Assembly: GCA_028534125.1 (NCBI GenBank)
Contig: CM052816.1
Span: forward strand, 84,260,001-84,324,000
Length of the DNA: 64,000 bases
Reading direction: 5' to 3'
Source: Lama glama
Taxonomy: Eukaryota
The notes below the pieces were generated by a model. That model made no database searches, was not told where the DNA came from, and worked only from the letters and a program-made list of their open reading frames with translations. Below, one piece after another: positions 41,575 to 54,505 of the stretch. How positions within the stretch are numbered: position 1 is the first letter of the stretch; every line of letters begins with the position of its first letter. The translations under genes and the position numbers were made by a program.

Positions 41575-43200
41575 AAAAAAATTAATTTGTATGAAAATAT
41601 AAAAGATCCTGAATAGCTAAAACAATCTTGAGAAAGAAGAATGAAGCTGGAGCAATTAGGTTCCCTGACTTCAGACTATACTAGAAAGCTATAGTAATCA
41701 AAACAGGATGTCACTGGCACAAAAACAGACACAAAGATCGATGGACCAGGATAGGAAGACCAGAAATAAGCCCACACACTTAGTCCATTAATCTATGACA
41801 GAAGAGGCAAAAATAAACAGTGGAGAAAGGATCTTTTTTTTCAATAAGTGGTGCTGGGAAAACTGGACAGCTACATACAAAAGAATAAAATTAGGACATT
41901 TTCTAATACTATCTACAAAAAATAAATTCAAAATGGATTAAATACGTAAATGTAGGATCAGATACTATAAAACACCTATGGGAAAAAAGAGGCAGAACAC
42001 TCTTTGACATAAATTGAAGCCATTTTTTTTTGGATCTGTCTCCTAGGGTAATTGAAATAAAAACAAAAATAAACAAATGGGACCTAGTTAAACCTAAAAG
42101 CTTTTGCACAGCAAAGGGAACCATAAAAGAATGAAAAGACAACCTATAGAATGTGAGAAAATATTTGCAAATGATGCTACCAACAAGGGATTAATTTCCA
42201 AAAATATACAAATAAATCATATAGCTCAATTAAAAAAAAAACAATCAAAACATAGGCAGAAAACCTAAATAGACATTTCTCCAAAGAAGACATAAAGATG
42301 GTCAATAGGCACATGAAAAGATGTTCATAGTGCTAATTATTAGATAAATGCAAATCAAATCTATAATGAGGTATCACCTCACATTAGTCAGAATGGCCAT
42401 CATTAAAAAGTGTGCAAATAATAAATACTTGAGAGGGTGTGGAAAAAAGGGAAAACTTCTACACTGTCAGTGGGACTATAAATTGGTGCAGCCATTATGA
42501 AGATCAGTATGGAGATTCTTTTAAAAACTAAAAATAGAGTTACTATATGATCCAGCAAATCCACTCCTGGGTATATATCCTGAGAAAACTCTAATTTGAA
42601 AAGATACATGCACCCCAATGTTTTTAGTAGCAGTATTTACAATAGCCAAGAAATGGAAACAACCTAAATGTCCACTGACAAATGAACAGATAAAGATGTG
42701 GCATATATATGCAATGGAATATTATTCAGCCATTAAAAAGAATGAAATAATGCCATTTGCAACAATGTGGCTGGACCCAGAGATTATTATACTAAGTGAA
42801 GCAAGTCAGACAGAAAAAGACAAGTATCATGTTATATCATTTACATGTTGAATCTTCAAAAATGATACAAATGAACTTATTTACAAAACATAAACAGATT
42901 CACAGACAGAAAACAAACTTATGGTTACCAAAGGGGAAAGTGGGGAGTGGGCGACAGGAATAAATTAGGAGTTTGGGATTAACATATACACCCTACTATA
43001 TATAAAATAGACAAGGACTTACTATATAGCACAGGGAACTATATTCAACATCTTATAATTACCTATAATGAAAAAGAGTCTGAAAAAAAAAATATATACA
43101 CACACACACACACATATACATACACATACATACATATATGAATCACTGTGCTGTACACCTGAAACTAAGACAACATTATGAATTAACTATACTTCAGTAT
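41575..43200 (+). mobile_element. 5'-truncated cetartiodactyl-type L1; no poly(A) tail; internal (CA)n at ~43097-43135
   Basis: ORF2 end AKKWKQPKCP..MEYYSAIKKNEIMPFA..KDKYHVIS (42618-42851); 3' UTR gatacaaatgaacttatttacaaaac...ctgtacacctgaaactaa...actatacttca. Confidence 0.92.
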
Positions 43201-43454
43201 GGGCCTTAGCTACAAAACATTCCACTCACAGACTCTAAAAAAAGGCACAGGCTCTAAGTGTTGCCTGTCTGTGTCTGCACCCTGCATTGACTTGCCTGTG
43301 TGGCCCCCTTCTAAGCTACTAGGTACTTCTTCCAGGACCTGTGAGCAATAAATTTCTCTATTTATATTTCTCTTGTGGTCTGTTATTTAACCACAGCTCA
43401 CCATATGACACCATGTGCTCCACTTAATACTTGTTAATTTACAAATTCATGACA
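43201..43454 (+). mobile_element. 3' part of an LTR (possibly MER74/MER73-like)
   Basis: ttccaggacctgtgagcaataaa poly(A) signal; ends cttaatacttgttaatttacaaattcatgaca. Confidence 0.55.
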
Positions 43455-45499
43455 ATCTCTTAGTAGCAAGATACTTAAAGTCCACACATAGATTAAAATG
43501 GCTTAAAGTGGCATGAGTGATTTTTTATTTCTTGCCCCTTACACACATACACAAAGACTAACTATAATATAAATTAGAACTAGGAGTGGGCTTGTAGACT
43601 GACAAAATCTACACAAAATTGGCTTCAGCATTTTATGTGTATGTGTATAGGATGAGGGTGGGGATGGGGGGTGAGAAGGTATGGGAGGACTGCCCTTGAA
43701 TGGGAAGTTAAAAAGCAGTCAATTTAGTTCAACTAATATTTTGAACTAATGGACTTAATTTTTATTCTTTAATGTTTTTCAGCTTTTTTTCAGTCTTTAT
43801 CACCATCTTATAAAGTAATTTTTAATATCCAAGTGTTGTTTTTAAAAAGAGTGCATGAAAAATAATAATAGCTATGAAAAATAGAAGGAATCAGGTCCTT
43901 CATTGCCAGGCAAAAGATGGGCATGAAAAAATATTGTTACTATATGCCAGCTGCAGGAAACAAATTTTCCTTATCACCAGTAATAAACATAAGAATATAT
44001 TCCCCAAGTAGTCAATGAATGAAACTATATCATTGTTTAAAATTTCTAATCTACAGAATGGCAATGATTGATGTTAATATCCCAGTTGGGGGCATAAGAT
44101 GCAAAATGGAATTATAACAATTGCACAGGCATGTCTTGTATGTGATTGATGATTTAAACCTATTACTTCCTAAATATTTCCCCCAAGAATCTAACAAAAA
44201 ACAAATGCCTCAAATTGCCCCATTATGGATAATAAATGCAAGGGCAATATGAAAGATCAGGGTAAGAAGAGGAAATGAACAGAGAAGGATTACAGGAGAG
44301 ATCCAGGAGTTGTGTTAAAATTCTTGGAAGAATATATGGAAATGGTATTTGTAGGTATTTAATTAAGAAAGATGTCATGAACACAGAATGTACAAAATAA
44401 AATAATGTGAGAGCTCATGCCGGTATTTTACTCTTAAACGTCATCATGATTGTCTACATTCAATGGCAGCATCTTACTAAATTGCCTAATCCAAACATGA
44501 CACATAGGTATTTTGCTGTAGCTGTTACTGAGGAATCAGTTGGGCCTTGCCAAGGTACAGGAAGAAAAAGAAAGCAATAAAACATCTCAAGAGAAAAAGA
44601 TTCGATTGCTTTATCATGTTCACGTGTCACATACCTCAGTACTACAGAGGGCCAAGCAATCATCTCTATTTCAGACTATAAATAATAGATTGATATACTG
44701 AACCATGCAGGGCTAAAAACAATTTGGTAGTGTATTCTATTATGGGTTTCTAATACCTTTTGAGAAAAATTGCTATAACAACCTGTTCTCCTTGGTTACA
44801 TATCAGATTTACATTGATTCTTGAGACATAATAATGATGTGGACTACATGTTCAGGGTCTTGCTAGAATCAAGACTGTGGAACTGGTGAAAAGGAGATGA
44901 AAGTAAGGCCATGAATAAAACTCCCAGAAGAGTTTCAGGGTCTGAATCTCTTTATGTCACACATGAAAAAACACCGGACTATTCCCACTGGCAAAGGCGA
45001 TCTTAAAAGTGGACAGAATAACATGTTCTATCAATACTAGTCATAACTAACGCTCACTGGGCTCATGGCCATACAAGCAGAAATTCTCACGAGTACACAG
45101 AAGAGAAATCAGCACCCAAGACCAAACAGCTTTTGCCACCACAGAGTTGCCAGTTTTCCAGCAAAAAACCCACAGACTGTGTGATGCCATGGTGCTGGTC
45201 TCAAAGATAACAGCCAGAGATATGAATTGTTGCAAGTTGAACTTACTGAAATCTTGTGATATGAAGGGAAGAGTAAACACTAGAATAGATATTAGTGTTG
45301 GATGGACTGTTTACACTCCTTTGGCCTCTGGGAATGTCAGAAAATACTTTCCTAATGCCAAGTATTTCACCAAGGTGGTCCATAAAAAATTGACTATTTC
45401 TAAGAAGCAAGCTTAAAGACAAATAAATATAGCTTAGCATTCATAAGAAACTGGACATTTTAATGATAAGCTTTTGAAAGACAGTATTCAAGATAATTA

Positions 45500-45535
45500 A
45501 GTTCTTTAGTGGAGTTTAGTTCTTTAGTGGAGTTT
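45500..45535. repeat. Perfect 18-bp tandem duplication (agttctttagtggagttt x2)
   Basis: Read directly from the sequence. Confidence 0.95.
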
Positions 45536-45889
45536 CCCTTATTGTCAAGTTATAAGGATATGAAAAACAATAGACTAACCCTCTGAAAGTAACTTCTAAA
45601 AACGCAGTCTCTGAACGTTTGCTTTTCTATCCTTGAAACTCTGGATTTCGCTGCTATGGATAGTTTAGAAAAAGAGAAAGAGCTAAAATAACTGGAGTTA
45701 TTGATAATAAATATGAAAATCTGAATTACAAAATTCCTGGAATTTTCCGATTTTTGGAGCCAATTGATCAATAGACTCAAAAAATAGGGTCGTTGTCCAA
45801 ATCAAATTAGTTACTACATAAATATCTTATGAGAGTGTCTAATACTCAGTAAGTGTCTTATAAATGTTAGCAAGTTTAATTGATACCTC

Positions 45890-46406
45890 TGTAATACGGA
45901 AGAACAAATCTGACTGCATACTGGATCTGTTCCTTTGGCTCTAACCCTGTGCTCTGTTTTCTGTGCTTAGTCATGCTGGTTCCGTACCTTCTGTAAAAGA
46001 ATATTGCCTACAGTCTGAAATACACAGGATAGCCCATTCTCAAGGCTCTGACCTTTAAGGGTGTAACCCTTTTCTATTCATATAGACAGGAAAAAGTTGC
46101 AAGAGAATAACATTTGTCTTGTTGGAGGTTTACAGGCACTTGGTGACCTGACCTGTGTGGACAGCTGCGAGAACAAAGGATTGTGACACCAAGAAGTTTG
46201 AAACAACCGACCACATCCCGTCCCCCTTTTAGGATAAAAGGAGCCTAGGTTCTGACTTTGGTAAGATGGTTCTCTAGGACATCAGTTACCCCGTCTTCTT
46301 GGTCTACTGGCTTTCTGAATAAAGTCATTATTCCTTTCCCCAACACGAGTCTCCCGATGTACTGGCCTGTTGTGCAGAGACCAGAACAAGTTTAGACTTG
46401 GTAACT
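45890..46406 (+). mobile_element. ERV1-type solo LTR
   Basis: Starts tgtaat; TATA-like gataaaa near 46233; aataaa near 46318; ends ttggtaac; TSD not recognisable. Confidence 0.8.
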
Positions 46407-46599
46407 GCAGATCTATAGTTTCTTGTTTTGATTAGTATCGCAAAACTTCGCTTTATTATTTTCCCCTCACTACATTCAGCAACTTGTTTCATTCCCCTTA
46501 AAGGAGATCCGACATAATTCCAGGAGTTCTCAAATAGTTTATCACTCTCAAAAACCAATGGATAAAATGTCACTTTATTACCAAAACCCTGTAACAGCA

Positions 46600-48050
46600 G
46601 TAAGCTCCCCATCATACTTTAGTTCACCTCTTTTTCTACCCGTCTATCCTATTCCTTCTTATCTCAGTGGAAGGCAAGTTCCAACACATCTCCTCTGGGT
46701 GCTAGCTCCATCAGGCACCCTTCATGTTTCTCAAATCTTCACACCCTTTATTCTACTGTTTTTTTCCTTTAATTCATGAAAATGCTCACATCTCTATCTG
46801 CATAAAAATTCTCTCTCCTCAGTATCACTTGCTCATTAAACAAAAAAACCCCAAAATAAAACAAAAAGAAAAAACAAAAACAAAACACATGCTTTTCCTT
46901 AAGATTTTCATTTTTGGAAGATTATACTCCAAATTTCTCCAGTTTCTCACCTCCTCTTTATTTTTAACAGGCTATAATTTAGTTTTGCCCCCAGTAATCC
47001 ATTCAATCAGTAACAGTAAGCATTTATTTTGGCAAACCCTGAGGCATTTCTGGGGCATTTCCTGTAGACTTTCTAGTCTAATGTTGTTTACCTCCTTATC
47101 AGGACTGGTGCTACTCATTCTCTGCTGAAGTGATTATCTGGTAAAGGTTTTAATCTAGTTTCTGCTGTGGAAAGTCACAATTCTACAACATCTATCTAGA
47201 GGAAAGTTCCAATCCGTTACATCCAACTGTCTCCTGGAAGCTCTCCTTAGTTAACAAAATCACAAAGTCCAAGGTCTACATTCTTTCATCGTTCATGCAA
47301 TCTTGCTTCCTAACACCTTCTCAGTGTTAACGCAATGGATCCACCTTATACAGTTGCTTTAATCAGAGTTACATGGAAATTATTCCTGTGCTTCTATCTA
47401 TAGTTGCCAAGTCCTGCCACTTCTACATCCTGATATTTAATCTGCCTTGTCCTCTGCCTTTTATTTCTACTACCACTCGAAATACCATTCTCACTGGTCT
47501 CCCATTACTTTGGTCCTTTCAAATCTCTTCTCAATCCAAATGCTAACAAAACCAATTACAAACAGTTTAGTTTTGTTTTCTCCTGCCACATAATTCCTTC
47601 CCCTTACGTACAAATGCATGCCTATTCTGCTTAGTGCACTATCCAAGATTCTTTATCTGGTTTCATGTTCTTTTACATCCTCACTCATCTCCACGTATTT
47701 CCTCATACTTTTGGACTGGCATCACAGTACCTCATGTGCTTTCAAAACTTCACACTTTTTCATGTTCATCGCTTGTCTGTAATGATTACATTCTCACTAA
47801 TATGCCCACGTCAATCTTTTCCTCCCCCTTCTTGGAAAAGTCACCTTTGTTTCTGAAGCTTAGATATGGTGCTAACTTCCTAGGAATCATATTTTTATTT
47901 AGTCTCAAACCACTGTCGAGAGTTCATTATTCTCTACTAATATGTAAATACTTCTATTCTAACATACATTATGCTATAAAATAGTTACTTTTAGTTGTTT
48001 TGATTTACTCACAAAATTATAATTTCATTTAAGGTCCAGATTATATGGCT
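46600..48050 (+). mobile_element. Decayed L2
   Basis: tttctccagtttctcacctcc; atccaactgtctcctgga; gttgccaagtcctgccacttctacatcct; actggtctccc. Confidence 0.6.
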
Positions 48051-48096
48051 TCAATCTGCTCCCATTAGGAGGCCTTTGCTGAGATGTTCCACCCAA

Positions 48097-48450
48097 TGTG
48101 GCCTACTGAACCTGAGTGAATCTCTCCTCAGGACCAAGGCACTTACTTCCCAAGCTTCCAAGGGAGTTGCATGCTGAGGGTTACTTCTGAGCCCTTCTCT
48201 AGCAACTTCCCTGGAAGGAAGGAAGGTGCCACCTCCAGGTTACATGGCAGCCTTCATATAAAAACTGATTGATGAGCTAGTTTCAGTGAGCACATCTGAG
48301 TTTTCAAGCCCCAGACAGCTCGACATCTTCTTCTGCCAGTCCTGCTGCCCTTACATCCTCCTACGTGATGCTTCTGTGAGTATTCTTCAGTGAACCTCCT
48401 GCCATGGACATCTGGGCCTTCTTGATTCTTCATGAACCCATCTGGTGTTA
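48097..48450 (+). mobile_element. LTR16C-like ERVL LTR
   Basis: ctcaggaccaaggcacttacttccc...ctgagcccttctctagcaacttccc...gtgaacctcctgc. Confidence 0.65.
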
Positions 48451-49080
48451 CTAATGTCTCATCTTTCTCTTCTTTGTGTTTAGCCCAGGGTTTAGGGAGA
48501 CTTAAATCTCCTCCTGAGGTCCTAAGTAGAATCTTTACCCAAATCACATTTCTGTTTTATCTTCAAGGTTTCTCTCCATTCCCAAGACTCAGAAAAATGT
48601 TTTCCTCTCCCATATGGCAGACTTTAGTCTACATTTCAGCCTACATCTCACTCTAAGACTTATAGTAAAAACTTTGTCTTCAGTTCTCTAAACCCTTTAT
48701 TCTCTTTAAAAATCAAACTAAATAAATCTTTGCCTTTTCCAATAAAAACTTCAGCTTTCACAGTTGTTTTCTCCAAAGTTGATGTCAACAGCTTATGCCA
48801 AGAACTGAAAGATGAACATTCTCTCCCATGTCCTGGGTTCTGATCTTCCCTGAAAAATGGCTACTTCCACCTGAATGAATGTCTCAGAACCACAGGATTT
48901 ACTAGTAATAAAATATTTTATTCAAATATATATGTTATATTATATATAATATATCTTTTGAATAATAAAAAAATATTAGTCAAAGGAAAGCTTGAGCAAG
49001 CTTTCATTCTGAGAAAGATCTCAGCTGTTCTGAGGTCTTTTTCCTGGAAGGGTTCTAAAGCTGAGTGATTTGTCCACTTG

Positions 49081-49200
49081 CAAGACTCTTTGGCCTCACA
49101 AGGTGACCAGAATGGCCTCAAGATTCTCCTCAGCTTGATTCAAGACTCTTTGGCTTTACAAAGTGACCAAGATGGCCTCAAGATTCTCCTCGGCTTGACT
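49081..49200. repeat. 60-bp tandem duplication (53/60 identical) spanning an LTR 5' boundary
   Basis: 49081-49140 aligned by eye with 49141-49200. Confidence 0.95.
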
Positions 49201-49675
49201 CAATTTTACACAGGCTTCTTCCTGACTCTGGGCCTCTGACCTCCCTGTTCTTAGAGCTTTTACTTGAGAAAACTCGTCATCCTTTTTCTGCCTCTTTGCG
49301 GTGTATATTTATTTCTTAAAGAGCCTCTTGCCAGTTTGACAACCCAGTAAGGTCTTTTTCACAAACTTGGGAACCACCAATTTATCATGCAATCTTTAAA
49401 GAAGAGAGAGCCTTTGTCTCTTCATCTCTGTAAGAGGAAAATCCTGTGGAGCAGCACAGGGCTTATTGCTCCAGGTTGTAAAACAAAGACAGGAAGTTTC
49501 CTTCGAATAAGGCCTATGAGAAAATACAGATGGCCTATGACTACCCCCACCCCATCCCATCCTAGCTCTTAAAACCTCTCCAGCTTTTGTCTTGTTCTGT
49601 GCTCTCTCCTCTACTGCTGACAGCAAGACCAACTTCTCTCTGTTCATCAGTCTGATGTGATATTTTTCCTTAACA
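49164..49675 (+). mobile_element. ERV1 solo LTR (MER67-like)
   Basis: tgacc...cctcaagattctcc...caggcttcttcctgactctgggcctctgacctccc...cctcttgccagtttgacaaccca...tttccttaaca. Confidence 0.7.
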
Positions 49676-49773
49676 TGGATCAGGTTATGGGAGTATATGT
49701 GAAAGCTGGTTTCTTGGAGGGGGTGTCTCCCATCAGACATTTCAAAGAGTATATTTTGTCTGTCTCCTTGAAG

Positions 49774-50199
49774 TGAGAAGAAATAGGGCAGGGGACAACC
49801 ACTGAAGGAATGACACAGCAATTGAGTCCAGGACAAAATGGTTAGAACCAAGATGGCAGAAGGTTTGACTTCCAGCAAACCTCGAGCCTCATGGCACACC
49901 CACGGGCACAATGATAATTCCTAGGCTAAGCATAAAAGGTCCAAAAGCGGGCAGTAGGGGCATTTCCTGGAAATCCTCACCCCTCCCCGAAAGTAGCTGG
50001 AATAATCCTCATTATCATGTGAAATTATCAAGCTCATAAAACCTAACAACTCCACACCTCACGGTCACTCTCTCTCTCACTTTCTGAGATGGCCTGCACT
50101 CTGCGGAGTGTGCATCTCTCTAAATAAACCTGCCTTCACTTTTCCATGTCTTGCTCTTGTTCTTCCCTGCATGAGGCAAGAACCGATCCTCCCCCCACA
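49774..50199 (+). mobile_element. MER41-like ERV1 solo LTR
   Basis: tgagaa...ccaagatggc...ggtccaaaagcggg...tttcctggaaatcctcacccc...gaataatcc...ggagtgtg...ctaaataaa follows the MER41 layout. Confidence 0.75.
49964..49991. promoter_or_regulatory. Tandem GAS/STAT motif: TTCCTGGAA plus one-mismatch CTCCCCGAA
   Basis: TTCNNNGAA at 49964-49972; second site at 49983-49991; 10-bp spacer. Motif only, binding not shown. Confidence 0.5.
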
Positions 50200-52149
50200 T
50201 CCTGAGTAGGATCTATGTGCTCACATTCTGGCTGAACCAAACTGCATGCTCAAGTTTTTTCACTGAAGCCTGAACATTTTTATTATTAGAACCATACTAG
50301 AATCATAACGGTGGTACTGGCCTAGGTTCTCAATTATAGTGGCTTTTCAGTTGTACCGTAGGTCAAGTTAAAAACATATTTTTGCTTGCTTACAATGCAA
50401 ATAATTAGATGCAGATTTACACTCATCATCAAGGAATATTCATGGCTATTTTAAAATGTAGACATAATTAGATAAATAATTATAATTGCTCAGATTATGA
50501 AATAAAAGAGTCATAGATTGTCAAGTTAAAAGGGATCTTTAAATGAAACCAACTTCTTATACCGAAGCACTAATTTGTGTGATCTTTCTTGGCCGAGAGC
50601 ATGTCTACACATGCATCTTCTATCCCTAAGAAAAGTAACTACGATACTAAAGGTATTGTAGGTGTTAAGCAAACAAATAGACACTAAATAGCTTCTCCTG
50701 TAATTTTCATCCATTGGTCTTTGCTTAATGTTTTTAACCCTTCAAATTATGCATATAAAATGCATTCACTTTTCCAAATGATGTTTTAAAAATATTTGGA
50801 AAATTTATCTCCCTACTTCATGCTGCCTGCCCAACCAATGCCTCCATGATCCCTATACTTTCTCTAAAGAAAACTGTCTTTCTTCGAAGATAATAACCTT
50901 TAAATAATGTTTACAAGATTATTATTTAGATTATTTTATTAAGACTGTCCTAAATAGAATGTCCTGAAATTTCCCATTATTATTTTTAAAATGTAGTGGT
51001 CAAAATTAAGTGTAACACTCAGGTATTACCTGAACAGAAATAATCTGAACAGAAATCACACATACTCAACCAAGTTCTGTTTGACTTCAGGCTGAGCTGG
51101 AGTGATTAGCTTTCTTGAAAGCCACATCACAGGCTAACTCATATTGAATTTACTCTGCTGTGAATCACTTAAACATTTTTGTCACAAGCTGATGTTAGCT
51201 CAGTACTTGCATCATTTGCAATTTGGATCTAAGTCTGGTGTGTTCCACGTGAGCTTTCCTACTATATTTCATTTGCTCAATTCAGCCCATCACTACAGGT
51301 TATACCAATCATTTCTGGACCTTAATTGTTCTGCAATGCATCACTAACCCTTCAAGTTTTCAGTGATCCAAGAATTTAATGAACATAACAGCTTCCTCTC
51401 TATCTCCTCATCCAAATTACTGATTTAAATGTTGAACAGGACACCACTGAAGACACAGTTGTAAGGCTTCTTTCCAAAATGATATCAGTCTTACAATCTT
51501 TTTTTTTGCCATTTATATATTTCAATAACTTGTTAATGTACCCAATTAATGGTCCTTGCATTTAGAATAATAATAAAATGTGTTTAATGGCACATTGGCA
51601 ATAAACAGGGAGAACATTTCTTTGTATTAAAAAGATTTTTTAAAACACTTACTTATTGCTTGTATGGCTTATCTAGAGGATCTAAAAGCAAAACAGTAAG
51701 AAAAGTAAATGCCAAAGTTTTAATAAAACGCATGTCTGTGGCTCACTCTAACCTCTGGTCGTTGACCAACCTAGACTAATATTCATGGTTATATGTATAT
51801 AGAAATAGATGTATCAGGAGGAATAATTGTGTTTACACATATCATCAATTTCTCATAAGCCTCACATGGTGGTTTTAATTCTTTCTAAAATTTTTAAATG
51901 TTTCTTAAAGCTTAAAAATAACTACAATCTCCCAACTTCATTATATCAAAGATAGAAAAATTTTAATATTTATCAAAAACAACAGATGAGCAAAAGTGAT
52001 ACGATATGGACTTCTAAGGGAAGAGAAAAGTAAACATAAATGTTAGAAAATAACCTTAACTCATGAAATAGTTTCCTTTGGATACAGTTGAAATGGCTGT
52101 TGAGTTCTAGCTTCCCCATCGTAGTGCACTTTTAATTTTAGCAATCCTG

Positions 52150-52395
52150 TATCAGAGTCATCATGACTTATTCTAACTATGAATTTAGACTGTACTTGAG
52201 CTTTGTAAGCTTGGGTTTTCTCATCGTTTAAAGCAGGATATTTTATGTGGATATGTGTATATGTATAATCTATAGAAATATATATTATATATCTAAAAGC
52301 CTTGTCTTATAGAGTTGTGAGCATAAAATGATAGAATGCATGTAAAGCATATAACACAGGGCCAGGCATGTCATAAATATTTTTCAATGTTGTTT
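52150..52395 (+). mobile_element. MIR SINE with internal TA expansion
   Basis: ggttttctcatcgtttaaa...gagttgtgagcataaaatgatagaatgcatgtaaagcatataacacagggccaggca. Confidence 0.7.
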
Positions 52396-53436
52396 ATGTT
52401 CTCAGGAACTTGTGTGGTTGTCATGATTGTGCTGTTTCAAGGCTGTTTCAGGCCCCCCTTATTTCTCTCCTTTTTACAAAAGAATAGGGCCTAGAGGCAC
52501 ATTCCTCTCTCCTGGTAAGTGATAAGAATATTGCAAAATACATAACACACCCTACCTCCAGGAATAACTTTCTTATTTTAACTGTGCATATGATCATATC
52601 TTTGCCCTCAATTATTTTATAAAATACTTTAAAAAAAGGTTTATGTTTGTGGATTCTTTATTGTGACCCTTAGAGGGCAAGATAGTATCTTGCACATGGT
52701 AAACTTAAATCATTCATTGAATTTAACAGATGTTTCTGCCACTGATGTAGTGAAAGGTGCTGTTTAAATAACAATATTTCACATTCTGCTGGTATTCAAG
52801 ATTGAAAAATAAAAACAATAGGTGCACAGGAAACTACTCAGACAACAGGAAACTAATGTGGCTTGAATCATTACTGATTTGAAAATGAAAAAAAAACAGA
52901 GGAATTAGTTAGGGATATACACTGATGGAATATTTAAGCTGTAACCTGTAAACTATACAGACAAGCTCTCATGTAGACCATGATATCTATAAATATTTTT
53001 ATTTTATTTATACTTTTATTCAATTTTAGAATTTTTAAAAGAGATTTCCATGTCTTATTCAGGTTTTAAATTCATTATCACTGAAGAGCAGCTGTTATAT
53101 ACAAAACAGAATTCACAAAATTGGAGATGGGTAGAATTCTGTAGATTTGGGGTTACATTAGAATGTAAAGTAATATATATATGGACACTTTGAGCAGCAT
53201 AATTCTTTCAGAAGTCAAAGGTAAGGCCTTGTAAAATCTTAATCATCTTTCTTGATGACTCTTTACATACTGAAACATCAAGACCTTTATCATAGGATTA
53301 AGGAACTCAGGATGATTCAGTGCTACATTAGCTTCTCTCTCAGTAAAGACCAGGCCATGAGAATATATAACACACTTTATTAAATTAACTATGACAAAAA
53401 CATGGCCCCAGATATTTCCCCCACTAAGTATCCAAG

Positions 53437-54038
53437 TGTTACCAGAGAGTAGGTTTTTGTCTTGTCCCAGAAAGAATCCAGAGACAAGACATGGAGATTA
53501 AGAAAGCAAGGTTAGGATATATTAAGTGATAGTAATGCTCTCAAGGGGAGAGTGGGCAGACTAGGTGAGTAGCTGCCCTGAGTTTCCTTGGCAAGCAGTT
53601 ATATGGGGTGTAAAAATGAATGCATGGAATATTCAATGAGGAGGGAAGGGTTTTGGGTCGTATTTCCTGATTTTCATGCCAACTGGACATTCCTGAGGGG
53701 AGGAGGGATTTTTGTCATTATGTAGTCTGGATCAGAAGAGTCATGTCATCAGTGCATAATGGGTACTTTTAATCTGCAAGGCTAATTTTATTGTAATGAA
53801 GGCATAAGGAGCAAAGGTTACATCCAGACACCAGAGATTCCCACTATTTCCCATCTTTCTTTGCTTGCCACTAGGATCCTTGTCATCCCAAAATGTGTGG
53901 TTTCCTGTCATTTCAGAGGTTTCCGCCTTTCTCTGTCTGCCCTAGGACCCATTTTGTTCACAAGATGTATAGTCTCCTGCCATTTGGCCCCATGTCCCCT
54001 TTTCTCTGCTCACATCTAGCTACCTGCCTGCTCTAACA
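53437..54038 (-). mobile_element. ERV1 solo LTR, 602 bp, with intact 4-bp TSD (CAAG)
   Basis: caag|tgtta...taaca|caag; inverted TGTTA/TAACA termini; a 4-bp TSD is typical of class I ERVs. Confidence 0.9.
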
Positions 54039-54354
54039 CAAGTAGCATATACGTATGCCATGGAGGTCAGCATTTAGCCCTAGATCTTTATCTGTTCTTT
54101 GAACACTGAATTAGACAAGTTTATTTCAATAGATTTCTGAATTTATATTCTTTAATCCAGGAAAAGCCTAAGAAATCTGCCGCTTGCCCACTTAGCCTGG
54201 CTTCCTCCTAGTGCTTCCTTTGCTTTCTAAACATTAAGAACTGTACAATGTGCCTTGAATTACTGAATATTAATTTAAAATGGTGAAAATGAAAAACTCC
54301 AGTTCATTTATTTATTCATTCACTTAGCAGAAAATATTTGGCTGTTACAATGCA

Positions 54355-54505
54355 GATAATTATTTCTATGTCTGTGTCTTCCACCAAAGATTTTTCTTAA
54401 TCTGCTGTTCTTTTAAAGAAGAGAGATGTCTCATTTACACTCTTATTTCCAGAACATAAAATCAGGCATAGAAGATGCTCAGGAAGTGTTAGAACTAATT
54501 AAATG
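54355..54505 (+). mobile_element. L2 3' end fragment
   Basis: tgtctgtgtcttccacc...tgtctcattt...tatttccagaac...aggcatagaagatgctcaggaagtgtt. Confidence 0.5.

Noticed and set aside
49081..49200. Direct repeats as a CRISPR-like array
   Set aside because: Two adjacent copies with no spacers in mammalian DNA; a simple tandem duplication
49396..49911. 171-aa minus-strand ORF
   Set aside because: Runs antisense across two unrelated LTRs and has no recognisable domain
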